DNA of 44,850 nt from a virus, in IMG/VR virus record IMGVR_UViG_3300042756_000237; one strand, 5' to 3'. Position numbers and translations under genes: made by a program. Positions 1 to 7,772 of the stretch are shown in pieces. A model generated the notes under the pieces. The model saw only the letters and a list, made by a program, of their open reading frames with translations, searched no databases and was not told the origin of the DNA. The stretch's first letter is position 1, and the number at the start of each line of letters is the position of its first letter.

Positions 1-127
1 CCTTGGAATATTAATTGATACAGCTGGATCAGCAACGCCAAACGACACCGACTACATTTTCACCGCCTTAACAAGTGGAGGCGTGATGAAGAAAATCACA
101 CAATTAGCGCAAAAAGCCTTCTTAAAA
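1..127. repeat. Terminal 127 bp identical to 44724..44850 (circular-contig overlap or terminal redundancy)
   Basis: Direct read: ccttggaatattaattgatacagctgg...aaaagccttcttaaaa occurs at both window ends. Confidence 0.95.
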
Positions 128-583
128 ACGTATTTCGACGCTCTTTACGCCAAAAACGGAACGATACCATTTTCTGATTTAATTGCCCGGCCAATCTCAG
201 GAACGGCCGGATCGTTATTTTATTCCGATCCCTATTTTGATTTCGTTTTGACTTCATCAGGAGGCGGTACCAAGTCGGGAGAAATCAGGTGCATGCAAGT
301 TCTCCCGGCCGATTTCGTTTCGTTCCCTGCCGCATGTGCTTCGCTCCGAATGTATAGGACAATAGCCGTAACAACATTGGAGTTCCGGGCGTACAATTCG
401 GCAGGAACGCTTATTTCACAAACAAATGTATCTCCGAGCTCCTTAAACACCTATCAAGAATTCACGCCATCAATATCCGGCACATGGACGGCCGGGGATA
501 AAATAATATTTGTGCTTTACTTCGAGGCAACCAACAACGGCTCTGTTCGGTACCTGCCTTTCCGGGTTAACTATAATAGATAA
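2..583 (+). CDS. Tail fiber protein, C-terminal part (the gene wraps the contig junction and continues from 44248)
   Basis: After subtracting 44723, the ORF opening at 44248 is in the same frame as ORF 83..583. There is no stop between 2 and 83. Stop at 581-583. Confidence 0.8.
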   Translation, partial: LGILIDTAGSATPNDTDYIFTALTSGGVMKKITQLAQKAFLKTYFDALYAKNGTIPFSDLIARPISGTAGSLFYSDPYFDFVLTSSGGGTKSGEIRCMQVLPADFVSFPAACASLRMYRTIAVTTLEFRAYNSAGTLISQTNVSPSSLNTYQEFTPSISGTWTAGDKIIFVLYFEATNNGSVRYLPFRVNYNR

Positions 584-585
584 AA

Positions 586-921
586 ATGGAAGTAGGAATA
601 ATTGAAAACGGGTACTTCTTGGCAACGGGAAGTCCATGTGATCCGACAAAGATCGATCACCGAAATTTGAACCTGTTCACAAAACGGGTGCCGCCAAATA
701 CTGAGGATCAAGCCGAACGTGTCGAATACTATTTGAATTACGAAAACCTTGTTTATTCGAATCTAGCCATTGAAGAAGTATTTGATCACCAAGATTCAAA
801 AACGATTGTAACCGTAAAATGGTATGCCAGGAGGCCGGAATATACCGATCTAAATGATGAAGAATCACTTTACTACGTCGATTGGGTAGCTGCCGAATCA
901 ACATTTGAAATTATCAATTAA
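586..921 (+). CDS. Hypothetical protein
   Basis: 111-aa ORF. The ATG is 3 nt after the upstream stop. Tight co-directional packing. Confidence 0.6.
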   Translation: MEVGIIENGYFLATGSPCDPTKIDHRNLNLFTKRVPPNTEDQAERVEYYLNYENLVYSNLAIEEVFDHQDSKTIVTVKWYARRPEYTDLNDEESLYYVDWVAAESTFEIIN

Positions 922-932
922 TATTTTTTACT

Positions 933-940
933 TATATTTG
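933..940 (+). promoter_or_regulatory. Bacteroidetes-type -7 box TATATTTG, 4 nt upstream of the ATG at 945 (leaderless-type arrangement)
   Basis: ttatatttgccttatggaatg is nearly identical to ttatatttgctttatgaatg at 25470. Confidence 0.5.
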
Positions 941-944
941 CCTT

Positions 945-1172
945 ATGGAATGCATAAAAATTTTTTGGAGCAAAATACTGGCCGACACGCCAAAACGAGA
1001 CAAGATAAAGGGTATTACCGCTTCAATTGGGGCATTGATTACCGAAATCTTTAACGAGATTCAATTTAGTGATGATCCTGAAATTGATACCTCACTTCAC
1101 ATGCTCCTTCATTCGGTTGCGGTGTCCTTATTTGCCAAGGCTATTTATCATGCTCAAAAAATCAAGAAATAA
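945..1172 (+). CDS. Hypothetical small protein
   Basis: 75-aa ORF. Its stop overlaps the next ATG (taATG). Confidence 0.6.
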   Translation: MECIKIFWSKILADTPKRDKIKGITASIGALITEIFNEIQFSDDPEIDTSLHMLLHSVAVSLFAKAIYHAQKIKK

Positions 1173-1492
1173 TGAATACGAAAATCAAAGAACTGAAAGC
1201 CTCGCTTCGGGATCAATCAGCATCTGAAACTGAATTGACTAATGACAGTATATTAAGAACTAACACGCTTGTAACGGGATTCAATTCACTTGAAAGCGAG
1301 TTAACAGAGCAGCAATTAACTGATTTCGTTACCTCGGTTGAATCTGAATCTACCGAATTTGCATTTGGCGATACGAACCCACTGTTTAATGCTATTGAAG
1401 CATCAACAGCTATGAGTTCAACCGCTAAGGCTACATTGATATCTTTATTGGAGGATGGAGTTGGAGGTAGGCCAAATGACCGAGGAAGATGA
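1172..1492 (+). CDS. Hypothetical protein
   Basis: 106-aa ORF. Start and stop are coupled to both neighbours. Confidence 0.6.
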   Translation: MNTKIKELKASLRDQSASETELTNDSILRTNTLVTGFNSLESELTEQQLTDFVTSVESESTEFAFGDTNPLFNAIEASTAMSSTAKATLISLLEDGVGGRPNDRGR

Positions 1493-1824
1493 ATTTAGAT
1501 TTTCGTATATTTCTAGCCTCATTTATTGTTTGGGTGGTGTCTTATAACGCATGGCAGTTTTTTGGTGTAAACATTTATTACATAGGCCAAGCATCATTAA
1601 TACTCGGTTGTGCGTGGCTAATATTCAAACAAAATAAGGGTGCTCAAAACAAAATGTCAGTAACCATAACGGAGATTTTCTTACTTTTCGCCGTTAATAA
1701 TATGGCTGACGAGTTGTTTTTTGACCCCACGCGGCTATCCGCTAATGAATTTATATTTGTTTTCGGTTATACTACCTTAAAACTCTACAAAACATGGATA
1801 AATACGAAACATACGAGTACATAA
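1489..1824 (+). CDS. Membrane protein, holin candidate
   Basis: 111 aa with about 3 hydrophobic segments (FLASFIVWVVSY, ASLILGCAWLIF, ITEIFLLFAV). Lies at the end of the late operon. Confidence 0.55.
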   Translation: MNLDFRIFLASFIVWVVSYNAWQFFGVNIYYIGQASLILGCAWLIFKQNKGAQNKMSVTITEIFLLFAVNNMADELFFDPTRLSANEFIFVFGYTTLKLYKTWINTKHTST

Positions 1825-2111
1825 AATCACTTATAATGTACTGCATTATCGGAGCGTTAGGGGGCTGGACGGTTGCGTTAAACTCTTCTGATTTATCTAT
1901 GTATCAAAAATTCGCTGCAACAATTACAGGGGCTTTGTGTGCTGCATTCCTAACGCCTTTTTTCTGCTACGTGGTGAGTTTTGGTGATAAATTCGACATG
2001 ACTATTGAGGCACATGGTTTTTTTGCTTTCATCACAGGGAATTTGGGAATTAAAGGAATTACAATTGTAATAGAGTATTTCCGTAGCAAATTTCCAAGAA
2101 AAAAAGATTAA
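1794..2111 (+). CDS. Membrane protein, holin candidate (alternative start 1836)
   Basis: About 3 hydrophobic segments (YCIIGALGGWTVAL, TGALCAAFLTPFFCYVV, FFAFITGNLGIKGITIV) and a basic C-terminus (RSKFPRKKD). Confidence 0.55.
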   Translation: MDKYETYEYIKSLIMYCIIGALGGWTVALNSSDLSMYQKFAATITGALCAAFLTPFFCYVVSFGDKFDMTIEAHGFFAFITGNLGIKGITIVIEYFRSKFPRKKD

Positions 2112-2332
2112 TGACCTTCAAAAACCGAAATGAAACCCCCTCAATGGTTACCAACTCAAAGGTGATAATCGGAGAAATCACAGCGGTAGTAAACAGGCTT
2201 GAAACCGACATTGAATATAGGACTGTTAACGGAATAGTTGTTTCGTGTTGTACCGCTGGAGGTAATCGAACGGGTACTATTTTAGCTAAAATCAAAATAA
2301 ATCTGCAAAATTATTTACTTGTTTCAAAATAA
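2111..2332 (+). CDS. Hypothetical protein, last ORF of the late operon
   Basis: 73-aa ORF. The ATG overlaps the upstream stop (taATG). Confidence 0.5.
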   Translation: MTFKNRNETPSMVTNSKVIIGEITAVVNRLETDIEYRTVNGIVVSCCTAGGNRTGTILAKIKINLQNYLLVSK

Positions 2333-2336
2333 GAAC

Positions 2337-2344
2337 TATATTTG
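2337..2344 (+). promoter_or_regulatory. Candidate -7 box TATATTTG
   Basis: Matches TAnnTTTG. Not followed by a credible ORF. Confidence 0.4.
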
Positions 2345-2436
2345 TTGTGTTATTTGATTGCAGGGTAATTGGAACAGCCCACACAGACAATAACAACTCT
2401 AAAGATATTTAACTACCGTAAAGTAGCCGTTTTTTG
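2345..2436 (+). ncRNA. Candidate small structured RNA
   Basis: A 7-bp closing helix pairs tgttatt (2348-2354) with aataaca (2389-2395). A weak hairpin ctac/gtag plus T6 lies at 2413-2436. Confidence 0.3.
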
Positions 2437-2881
2437 TGTGAATGTTCCAAAAATTTTCCCAAATCAATCGAACGGCTATACGGTTGTTTTTCCTGTTTGA
2501 ACCAAATAAAATTAAACGCTCATTTAAAGGGGTTGACCGAAAAAAAATATTAAAGTCCCGCAATGTGTGTAATCTTCACAACGGGCAGGTGAAAGCGAGA
2601 GCGAAAAAGGTCAACTTAACGAAAAATCCGAGTCATTTTGACGAATAAATAAGAAACGGTACACCTTCGGAAGTCTTTAAGAATGGGTTAGTAATATTCG
2701 TATTACAAGTAGGTTGTTAATTCACCTATAAAAGATTTCCTTTGAATAAAACCCAACTATTATATAAAAAACCTCCAAAATTTCATAAATAATAATCGCT
2801 GATTTTCAACACTTTAAAAACTAATTTGCATTTTTATTGAAAATAGTTTGTGATTTGTTTGGTAAACTAATATAAGTTTAG

Positions 2882-2900
2882 TACATTTGCTGAAACAAAA
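2882..2900 (+). promoter_or_regulatory. Early promoter: TACATTTG box plus cTGAAACAAAA extension
   Basis: TAnnTTTG with gtttgg about 22 bp upstream. The TGAAACA extension is shared with the promoters at 5598 and 7370. Confidence 0.6.
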
Positions 2901-2908
2901 CGATAAAC

Positions 2909-3175
2909 ATGAAAGCACAAGTTACACCCGATCAAGTTAGCAACATAGGAAATAAAATTATTTCTCTAACAATTACAAATGGAAACGTTACTTATTATAT
3001 TGCAAAGTATTTTACTATGTTTGATGAATTTGTGGTTGTTACACGAAAAGGACTCACGGACTTTATTGTTCACAAGCCTGAACTAATCCCTTTCGTTGGA
3101 AAAAAGGGTATTCATTTTGAAAAATTCAAAACAGCCGTTCAAGCGTCGGACTTTATTAATAATTTAAGCATTTAA
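2909..3175 (+). CDS. Hypothetical protein
   Basis: 88-aa ORF, 20 nt downstream of the promoter box. Confidence 0.65.
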   Translation: MKAQVTPDQVSNIGNKIISLTITNGNVTYYIAKYFTMFDEFVVVTRKGLTDFIVHKPELIPFVGKKGIHFEKFKTAVQASDFINNLSI

Positions 3176-3178
3176 CAT

Positions 3179-3544
3179 ATGAAATGGACAGAATGTAAAC
3201 TAAGTATGCCAAATAACAACGCGGTTGTTGATGTTAAATTTATAACCGGACACATCATGAGAGCCGAATATGTCAACGGGAATTTTTATGAGGTGTGCGA
3301 AAATTCAAATATGGGAGGCTCAGAGCTTAAAAAATCATCAATAGTGGCATGGTCAAATGCGAATATGCCAAACATCAAAGAAATGACGGTTGAAGAATAC
3401 GCAAAACTTCGCGGAATAACCAAGGGAGCGGTAAGCCAATCCATGAAAGATGACAATCTACCCCCTGCCGTGACAAAAATCGACAAGCCAACCACGTATA
3501 TTTTGCACGTGGATATTGATGAACTTAATAGGTTGAAGAAATGA
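3179..3544 (+). CDS. Hypothetical protein with a probable C-terminal HTH
   Basis: The segment TVEEYAKLRGITKGAVSQSMKDDNLP resembles an excisionase/MerR-like helix-turn-helix. Confidence 0.6.
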   Translation: MKWTECKLSMPNNNAVVDVKFITGHIMRAEYVNGNFYEVCENSNMGGSELKKSSIVAWSNANMPNIKEMTVEEYAKLRGITKGAVSQSMKDDNLPPAVTKIDKPTTYILHVDIDELNRLKK

Positions 3545-4026
3545 GCAGAAGACTTGAAGTACTTAAAAATTCACTCGTTAAGAAAGAACAGGAATTGCAA
3601 CGTAGATTTGATGTTCATTTTGCAACAGTCAAACAAGCCAACGGACAGCCGCTAAACGACAAACGAAACGGACAAGCTACCATGAATAAATGGGAGCGTC
3701 AAGACAATGCAATCCGTACAGCAAAAGCAAGCGTTGAGAAAACAAAGAACGCCATTGAAAAAGAGGAAAGTAAAATATCAGGTGTTCAACACGCAAACAA
3801 TCATATTCCAAAAGAAATATTAGCACTTGTTGAATCAGGCGAATTGGTTCAATGGAGAAAACACCCAACACACTTTTTTGTTCCCGGAGTTGATAAGGCT
3901 CGGATTTGGTGGGATGAAAGCCGTAAATCTGTTGCTCATAAATATGCCCACTTAATTACCGAACAAGAACAACGAACTAAATTTGTCCGCTTATATAACG
4001 GACTTAACTCTATTTTAAACAAATAA
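3541..4026 (+). CDS. Hypothetical protein
   Basis: 161-aa ORF with an ATGA start/stop overlap. Confidence 0.65.
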   Translation: MSRRLEVLKNSLVKKEQELQRRFDVHFATVKQANGQPLNDKRNGQATMNKWERQDNAIRTAKASVEKTKNAIEKEESKISGVQHANNHIPKEILALVESGELVQWRKHPTHFFVPGVDKARIWWDESRKSVAHKYAHLITEQEQRTKFVRLYNGLNSILNK

Positions 4027-4034
4027 TTTAACCC

Positions 4035-4208
4035 ATGACAAAATTCATCTTAACAATCCCCGAAGCGCGCGATATAACCATTCCTATTGATAAAGTTGAT
4101 CCGTTTGTACGGATTCAATCCAAGGCTTATAAGCCAAATACCGACCCTAAACCATTTTTCACAACTATTGACGGGATTCAAGCGGTAGTTTTCACAAATG
4201 TAAATTGA
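4035..4208 (+). CDS. Hypothetical small protein (57 aa, below the ORF-track cutoff)
   Basis: Hand translation gives MTKFILTIPEARDITIPIDKVDPFVRIQSKAYKPNTDPKPFFTTIDGIQAVVFTNVN. It exactly fills the gap between neighbouring genes. Confidence 0.45.
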   Translation: MTKFILTIPEARDITIPIDKVDPFVRIQSKAYKPNTDPKPFFTTIDGIQAVVFTNVN

Positions 4209-4211
4209 GAT

Positions 4212-4688
4212 ATGAAAGTAAAAACCATAAAACAGCCTTGGGCATCGCTAATAGTTGCGGGCATTAAAAACATCGAAAACAGAAGCCAACCAACAAAGTA
4301 CAGAGGGCGAATTTTGATACATTCATCAGCTAAACCTGCCGGATTAATTTTGGACTTACTCAATGAAAACCAATTAAGCCAATTAACCGATGAACAATAT
4401 ACAAACGTCCTTTGTTCTCCGTTTTCCGCAATTATCGGAAGTGTTGAGATAGTGGATTGTGTTGTAAATCATCCATCAATTTGGGCTGAGAAAACGTTTT
4501 TCGATGAATTTGACCCAACACACAATGAAAAACCAACCTACAACTGGGTATTAGCCAATCCCATCAAATTTGACGAGCCTATTTTGAATGTAAAGGGTAA
4601 ATTGTCGTTTTGGCAGCACGAAGTTGATTTGTGTGTTTACTGCGGACAACCAACAAGTGAAATTTTTTCATGTAAAAACTGTAAATGA
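4212..4688 (+). CDS. ASCH-domain (PUA-like) protein with a C-terminal CxxC..CxxC
   Basis: The N-terminus IKQPWASLIVAGIKNIENR..RGRILIHSS matches the ASCH signature. The C-terminus is CVYCG...CKNCK. Confidence 0.65.
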   Translation: MKVKTIKQPWASLIVAGIKNIENRSQPTKYRGRILIHSSAKPAGLILDLLNENQLSQLTDEQYTNVLCSPFSAIIGSVEIVDCVVNHPSIWAEKTFFDEFDPTHNEKPTYNWVLANPIKFDEPILNVKGKLSFWQHEVDLCVYCGQPTSEIFSCKNCK

Positions 4689-4839
4689 TATGAAACACTT
4701 ATTTAAAGCGAAAAGAGCCGATACAGGCGTCACGCTTTTATGATAGATGTTCAGGCGATAAAAAATAAATGGAACGGATCGTTTTTTGGCAAAATGAAGC
4801 CAGTCCATTAAAATTAAATAAAAATCCAAAATAAATCAC

Positions 4840-5367
4840 ATGAATAAAAAACGCCAATTCGTAGAAACATATCTACCATCAGCGAGAGCAACACAAACCA
4901 AAACAGGAATCAAAAGAATTGCGACCCTTGCACAGGCCGCTATTGAAAGCGGATGGGGCAAGCATGCGCCGGGCAATATGCTCTTTGGTGTCAAAGATAC
5001 GGATGGAGTAAATGGTAACGAACAGCTGCTCCGCACCATTGAATATAGCAAAAGAAGCGATTTAAAGTTTCCCGTAATTATCAGCGTTACCCCAGTAGTT
5101 CGAAACGGACAAAAATATTTCAAATATGTTGTAAAAGACTATTTCCGAAAGTACGATACCCCGGAGCAGTCGTTTACAGACCATGCGAATTTCTTCATCC
5201 GTAATAAACGGTACAAAAAAGCATTGGCCGTCAAAGATGATCCCTACGCATTTTTACAAGAAGTAGCAAGGGCAGGCTATGCAACCGATCCAAATTATTA
5301 CGCAAAGTGCCGTAAGGTTGCTATGTTGATAGAAAGGGAGGTAAGGAAGATTGAGAAAAGTAATTAA
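4840..5367 (+). CDS. Endolysin, glucosaminidase (GH73/FlgJ-like) domain
   Basis: Motifs LAQAAIESGWGK..NMLFGVK...TPEQSFTDHANFF...AGYATDPNY are typical of mannosyl-glycoprotein endo-beta-N-acetylglucosaminidase. Confidence 0.8.
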   Translation: MNKKRQFVETYLPSARATQTKTGIKRIATLAQAAIESGWGKHAPGNMLFGVKDTDGVNGNEQLLRTIEYSKRSDLKFPVIISVTPVVRNGQKYFKYVVKDYFRKYDTPEQSFTDHANFFIRNKRYKKALAVKDDPYAFLQEVARAGYATDPNYYAKCRKVAMLIEREVRKIEKSN

Positions 5368-5432
5368 AAACAAAATAAAAATGGAAGATTAATTGTATAT
5401 TTACCTTTTCATAATTCTATTTTAAGTTAGTT

Positions 5433-5460
5433 AAAGCGGTCTTTGGGTCGCTTTTTCTTT
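5433..5460 (+). terminator. Intrinsic terminator
   Basis: aaagcggt-ctttgg-gtcgcttt stem followed by a T-rich tract. Confidence 0.6.
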
Positions 5461-5466
5461 GTTTAG

Positions 5467-5518
5467 TCACATAAGAACTTAGCAAAATCAACGGTTTCAG
5501 AAAGTTTATCACATAAGA
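5467..5518 (+). repeat. Two direct copies of TCACATAAGA, 42 bp apart (candidate operator pair)
   Basis: Copies at 5467-5476 and 5509-5518, upstream of the early promoter at 5598. Confidence 0.5.
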
Positions 5519-5597
5519 CCTTATTTAGAATGAATATTGATAAGCATAATTTTGAAAAATAATCTTGATTTTTCATTGTCGAATCAAAATAAGTTTG

Positions 5598-5617
5598 TAT
5601 CTTTGTTGAAACAAAAA
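5598..5617 (+). promoter_or_regulatory. Early promoter: TATCTTTG box plus TTGAAACAAAAA extension
   Basis: TAnnTTTG followed by TTGAAACA. The ATG is 23 nt downstream. Confidence 0.6.
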
Positions 5618-5627
5618 CGAAAGGATT

Positions 5628-6347
5628 ATGAAAACAGGAAATGAAATAACAATTGAAGCCCTTGCAGAAAAACTAAACGGTAAAATGTGGGTTAAAGGTG
5701 ATTTGAAACGCATCTACTTAGACCGAGGGTACAATACAAAAAAAATGTCAACCAGAACTTATGTTTATCAAAAAGAAAACGGAAATTTTGGGGTTAGCTG
5801 TTATATCGATTGTCCATCGCAACCGCATCAATGGATTAAATCACAACAGGAAGAAATAATTGAAAGTGTTGAAAATGATATTGAAGAAGCCATGGCGACA
5901 TCATACTTTTCAATACAAGACAAAAACACAGGCCTTTACCTTAGTGGTTCTGATGATGTTTTTGATGTTCTTGATAATTGTACGGAATGTAATCTAAGCA
6001 AAAAAGATGCTGAATCCCGATTAGACGAAATATCAACTATTCGAGCAAACAAAACACGTCAGTTAATTGTTGTTGAAATTTCAAGACAAGAGCGTGATTC
6101 AGCCATCGAAAAGCAGTTTCAAATATATTGTGAAAAACCATCCACCGAAACCAAACCACAAGAAATTATACAGCCGCCCAAACCAAAAAAATTCCTTGAA
6201 AATTTTGAAATCGGCGAAACATTAATTCACGCCACATGGGGAAATGTTACCGTAATTTCAGAAGATGAAAAGATGGTAGTGATTGACTATAAAGGTGAGC
6301 AGAAAAAATTACTAAAAAGATTTGCTCCTTTAAGTCGTGAGATATGA
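5628..6347 (+). CDS. Hypothetical protein
   Basis: 239-aa ORF directly after the promoter. Confidence 0.7.
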   Translation: MKTGNEITIEALAEKLNGKMWVKGDLKRIYLDRGYNTKKMSTRTYVYQKENGNFGVSCYIDCPSQPHQWIKSQQEEIIESVENDIEEAMATSYFSIQDKNTGLYLSGSDDVFDVLDNCTECNLSKKDAESRLDEISTIRANKTRQLIVVEISRQERDSAIEKQFQIYCEKPSTETKPQEIIQPPKPKKFLENFEIGETLIHATWGNVTVISEDEKMVVIDYKGEQKKLLKRFAPLSREI

Positions 6348-6622
6348 TAAAGTCAGTCAGAATAAAGTTTGAAAAAATACTATGTGACACGGGTAAGGCA
6401 ATACTTATCCGTGTCGATGGTATCGAACATTGGATTCCAAAAAAACTGTGCCGAAATTTAATTATAAACAGTAAACTTGGTGGAAACGTTTGTGTTCCTG
6501 TTTTTAAAGCAGAAGAATTGGGATTAAATATTGACGACTGCAAACCTGATATAGAAATCATACACCACATTCCAGAAGAAATAAATCAAGAAATCAAGCA
6601 CGATGCAAACCTTTTTAAATAG
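6344..6622 (+). CDS. Hypothetical protein
   Basis: 92-aa ORF with an ATGA overlap to the upstream gene. Confidence 0.6.
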   Translation: MIKSVRIKFEKILCDTGKAILIRVDGIEHWIPKKLCRNLIINSKLGGNVCVPVFKAEELGLNIDDCKPDIEIIHHIPEEINQEIKHDANLFK

Positions 6623-7109
6623 TCAAAAAAAAGCCGTTAAAAAGCTTTCTGCTGTGAAATGTGGGGCTTTGTTTATGGAGGCAGGAACAGGCAAAACCCG
6701 TTCCGCATTAGAGCTAATAAGGAATACTGATACAGATTACATTCTTTGGCTTACGCCTTTTCAAACAAAGAAAAACCTTCAAAAAGAAATAGATAAATGG
6801 GGTGGATTAGACTGTGATATTGTCGGGATTGAAAGCCTGCAAAATAGCGATAGAATTTACTTGGATTGCCTGAATAGCCTTTTAAAGTTCAAAAAAGCAA
6901 CCATTGTCGTAGATGAAAGCTTGCTGATAAAAAACAACACGGCAAAACGCACAAACAGGATTTTAGAACTATCAAAACACAGCGAATACAGGCTTATATT
7001 GAATGGTACACCTCTTTCGCGAAACCTCTTAGATTTATGGGCGCAAATACAGTTTTTAAGCCCGAAAATACTAGACATGGATGAAGCAATTATAAATAAA
7101 TTAATATGA
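6603..7109 (+). CDS. SNF2-family helicase N-terminal lobe only (truncated or stand-alone)
   Basis: Motif I is EAGTGKT, motif II is VVDESLLIKN, and the LILNGTPLSRNLLDLWAQIQFL block is present. The ORF stops at 168 aa with no RecA2 lobe. Confidence 0.65.
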   Translation: MQTFLNSQKKAVKKLSAVKCGALFMEAGTGKTRSALELIRNTDTDYILWLTPFQTKKNLQKEIDKWGGLDCDIVGIESLQNSDRIYLDCLNSLLKFKKATIVVDESLLIKNNTAKRTNRILELSKHSEYRLILNGTPLSRNLLDLWAQIQFLSPKILDMDEAIINKLI

Positions 7110-7288
7110 AAAACCAAAAACCAAAACACGGAGGCGATCGGGAAGGTTCCGGTCGTCCTCCAAAATACGGGAAAGTGAAAACCAGGTCGCTTCAAAGAAT
7201 CGTGCCTAAAGATAAATTCGATCAGATTGCAGCCGAAGTAGATAAAATCATCGACCAAATTTGCGGTAAAAATCCGAAAGCAGACTAA
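7106..7288 (+). CDS. Small basic protein with a GGxxEGSGRPPK motif
   Basis: 60-aa ORF with an ATGA overlap. The glycine/arginine-rich N-terminus is common in phage DNA-binding proteins. Confidence 0.55.
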   Translation: MKNQKPKHGGDREGSGRPPKYGKVKTRSLQRIVPKDKFDQIAAEVDKIIDQICGKNPKAD

Positions 7289-7369
7289 TCCACTATTTAG
7301 AATCAATCTAAATTAGAGTGCAAACTGAAAATAAATGTATTAATGTTTGGAGTATTGGAATGTTATACC

Positions 7370-7388
7370 TACATTTGTTGAAACATTT
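7370..7388 (+). promoter_or_regulatory. Early promoter: TACATTTG box plus TTGAAACA extension
   Basis: TAnnTTTG with gtttgg 22 bp upstream. The ATG is 25 nt downstream. Confidence 0.6.
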
Positions 7389-7401
7389 AAACATTGAAGT
7401 T

Positions 7402-7554
7402 ATGAAAACGTTTCAAATTGACATAGATTTTTATAGTGCTGAATTCATCGTAAAGGCTAAAACAAAAGCAGAGGCAAAGAAGAAAGCTATTGCAAAATTT
7501 AAGGTTCAGGTAAAAAAGCACATAAATCATATTTACACAGACGAAATAAAATGA
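7402..7554 (+). CDS. Hypothetical small lysine-rich protein (50 aa)
   Basis: I trimmed the GTG-initiated ORF 7318..7554 to the first ATG downstream of the promoter. Confidence 0.5.
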   Translation: MKTFQIDIDFYSAEFIVKAKTKAEAKKKAIAKFKVQVKKHINHIYTDEIK

Positions 7555-7772
7555 CAAACGAAAATCTTAAAAAATACTTTGATGCGCCTTGGAATGAGGG
7601 CACAAAGTCAGCAGCTTGCAGAGAAGCAAAAATCAGCATTAGAACGCTTAATGATGCCTTAAATGGTACGGGTAAATTATCCAAAAAAACCAAATCAAAA
7701 CTGCTTGAATTTTTTAACAAACAAGCTAGTTATTCGATTGATGCCGCTAAATTGCTATCAGATGAAGCCTAA
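7551..7772 (+). CDS. Putative HTH DNA-binding protein
   Basis: AACREAKISIRTLNDALNG resembles a Cro/XRE-like HTH. ATGA overlap with the upstream gene. Confidence 0.55.
   Translation: MTNENLKKYFDAPWNEGTKSAACREAKISIRTLNDALNGTGKLSKKTKSKLLEFFNKQASYSIDAAKLLSDEA

Noticed and set aside
2442-2648. 68-aa + strand ORF in the large noncoding region
   Set aside because: No promoter-to-start arrangement like the other genes. The composition is basic and low-complexity. It overlaps predicted nested RNA helices. I treated it as noncoding, at low certainty.
6857-7306. 149-aa minus-strand ORF, and all other minus-strand ORFs in the track (for example 23496-23942, 34777-35130, 22560-22829, 38468-38830)
   Set aside because: Each lies entirely antisense to a better-supported + strand gene or regulatory region. 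None has a TAnnTTTG box or a terminator in the minus orientation. The whole genome reads as unidirectional.
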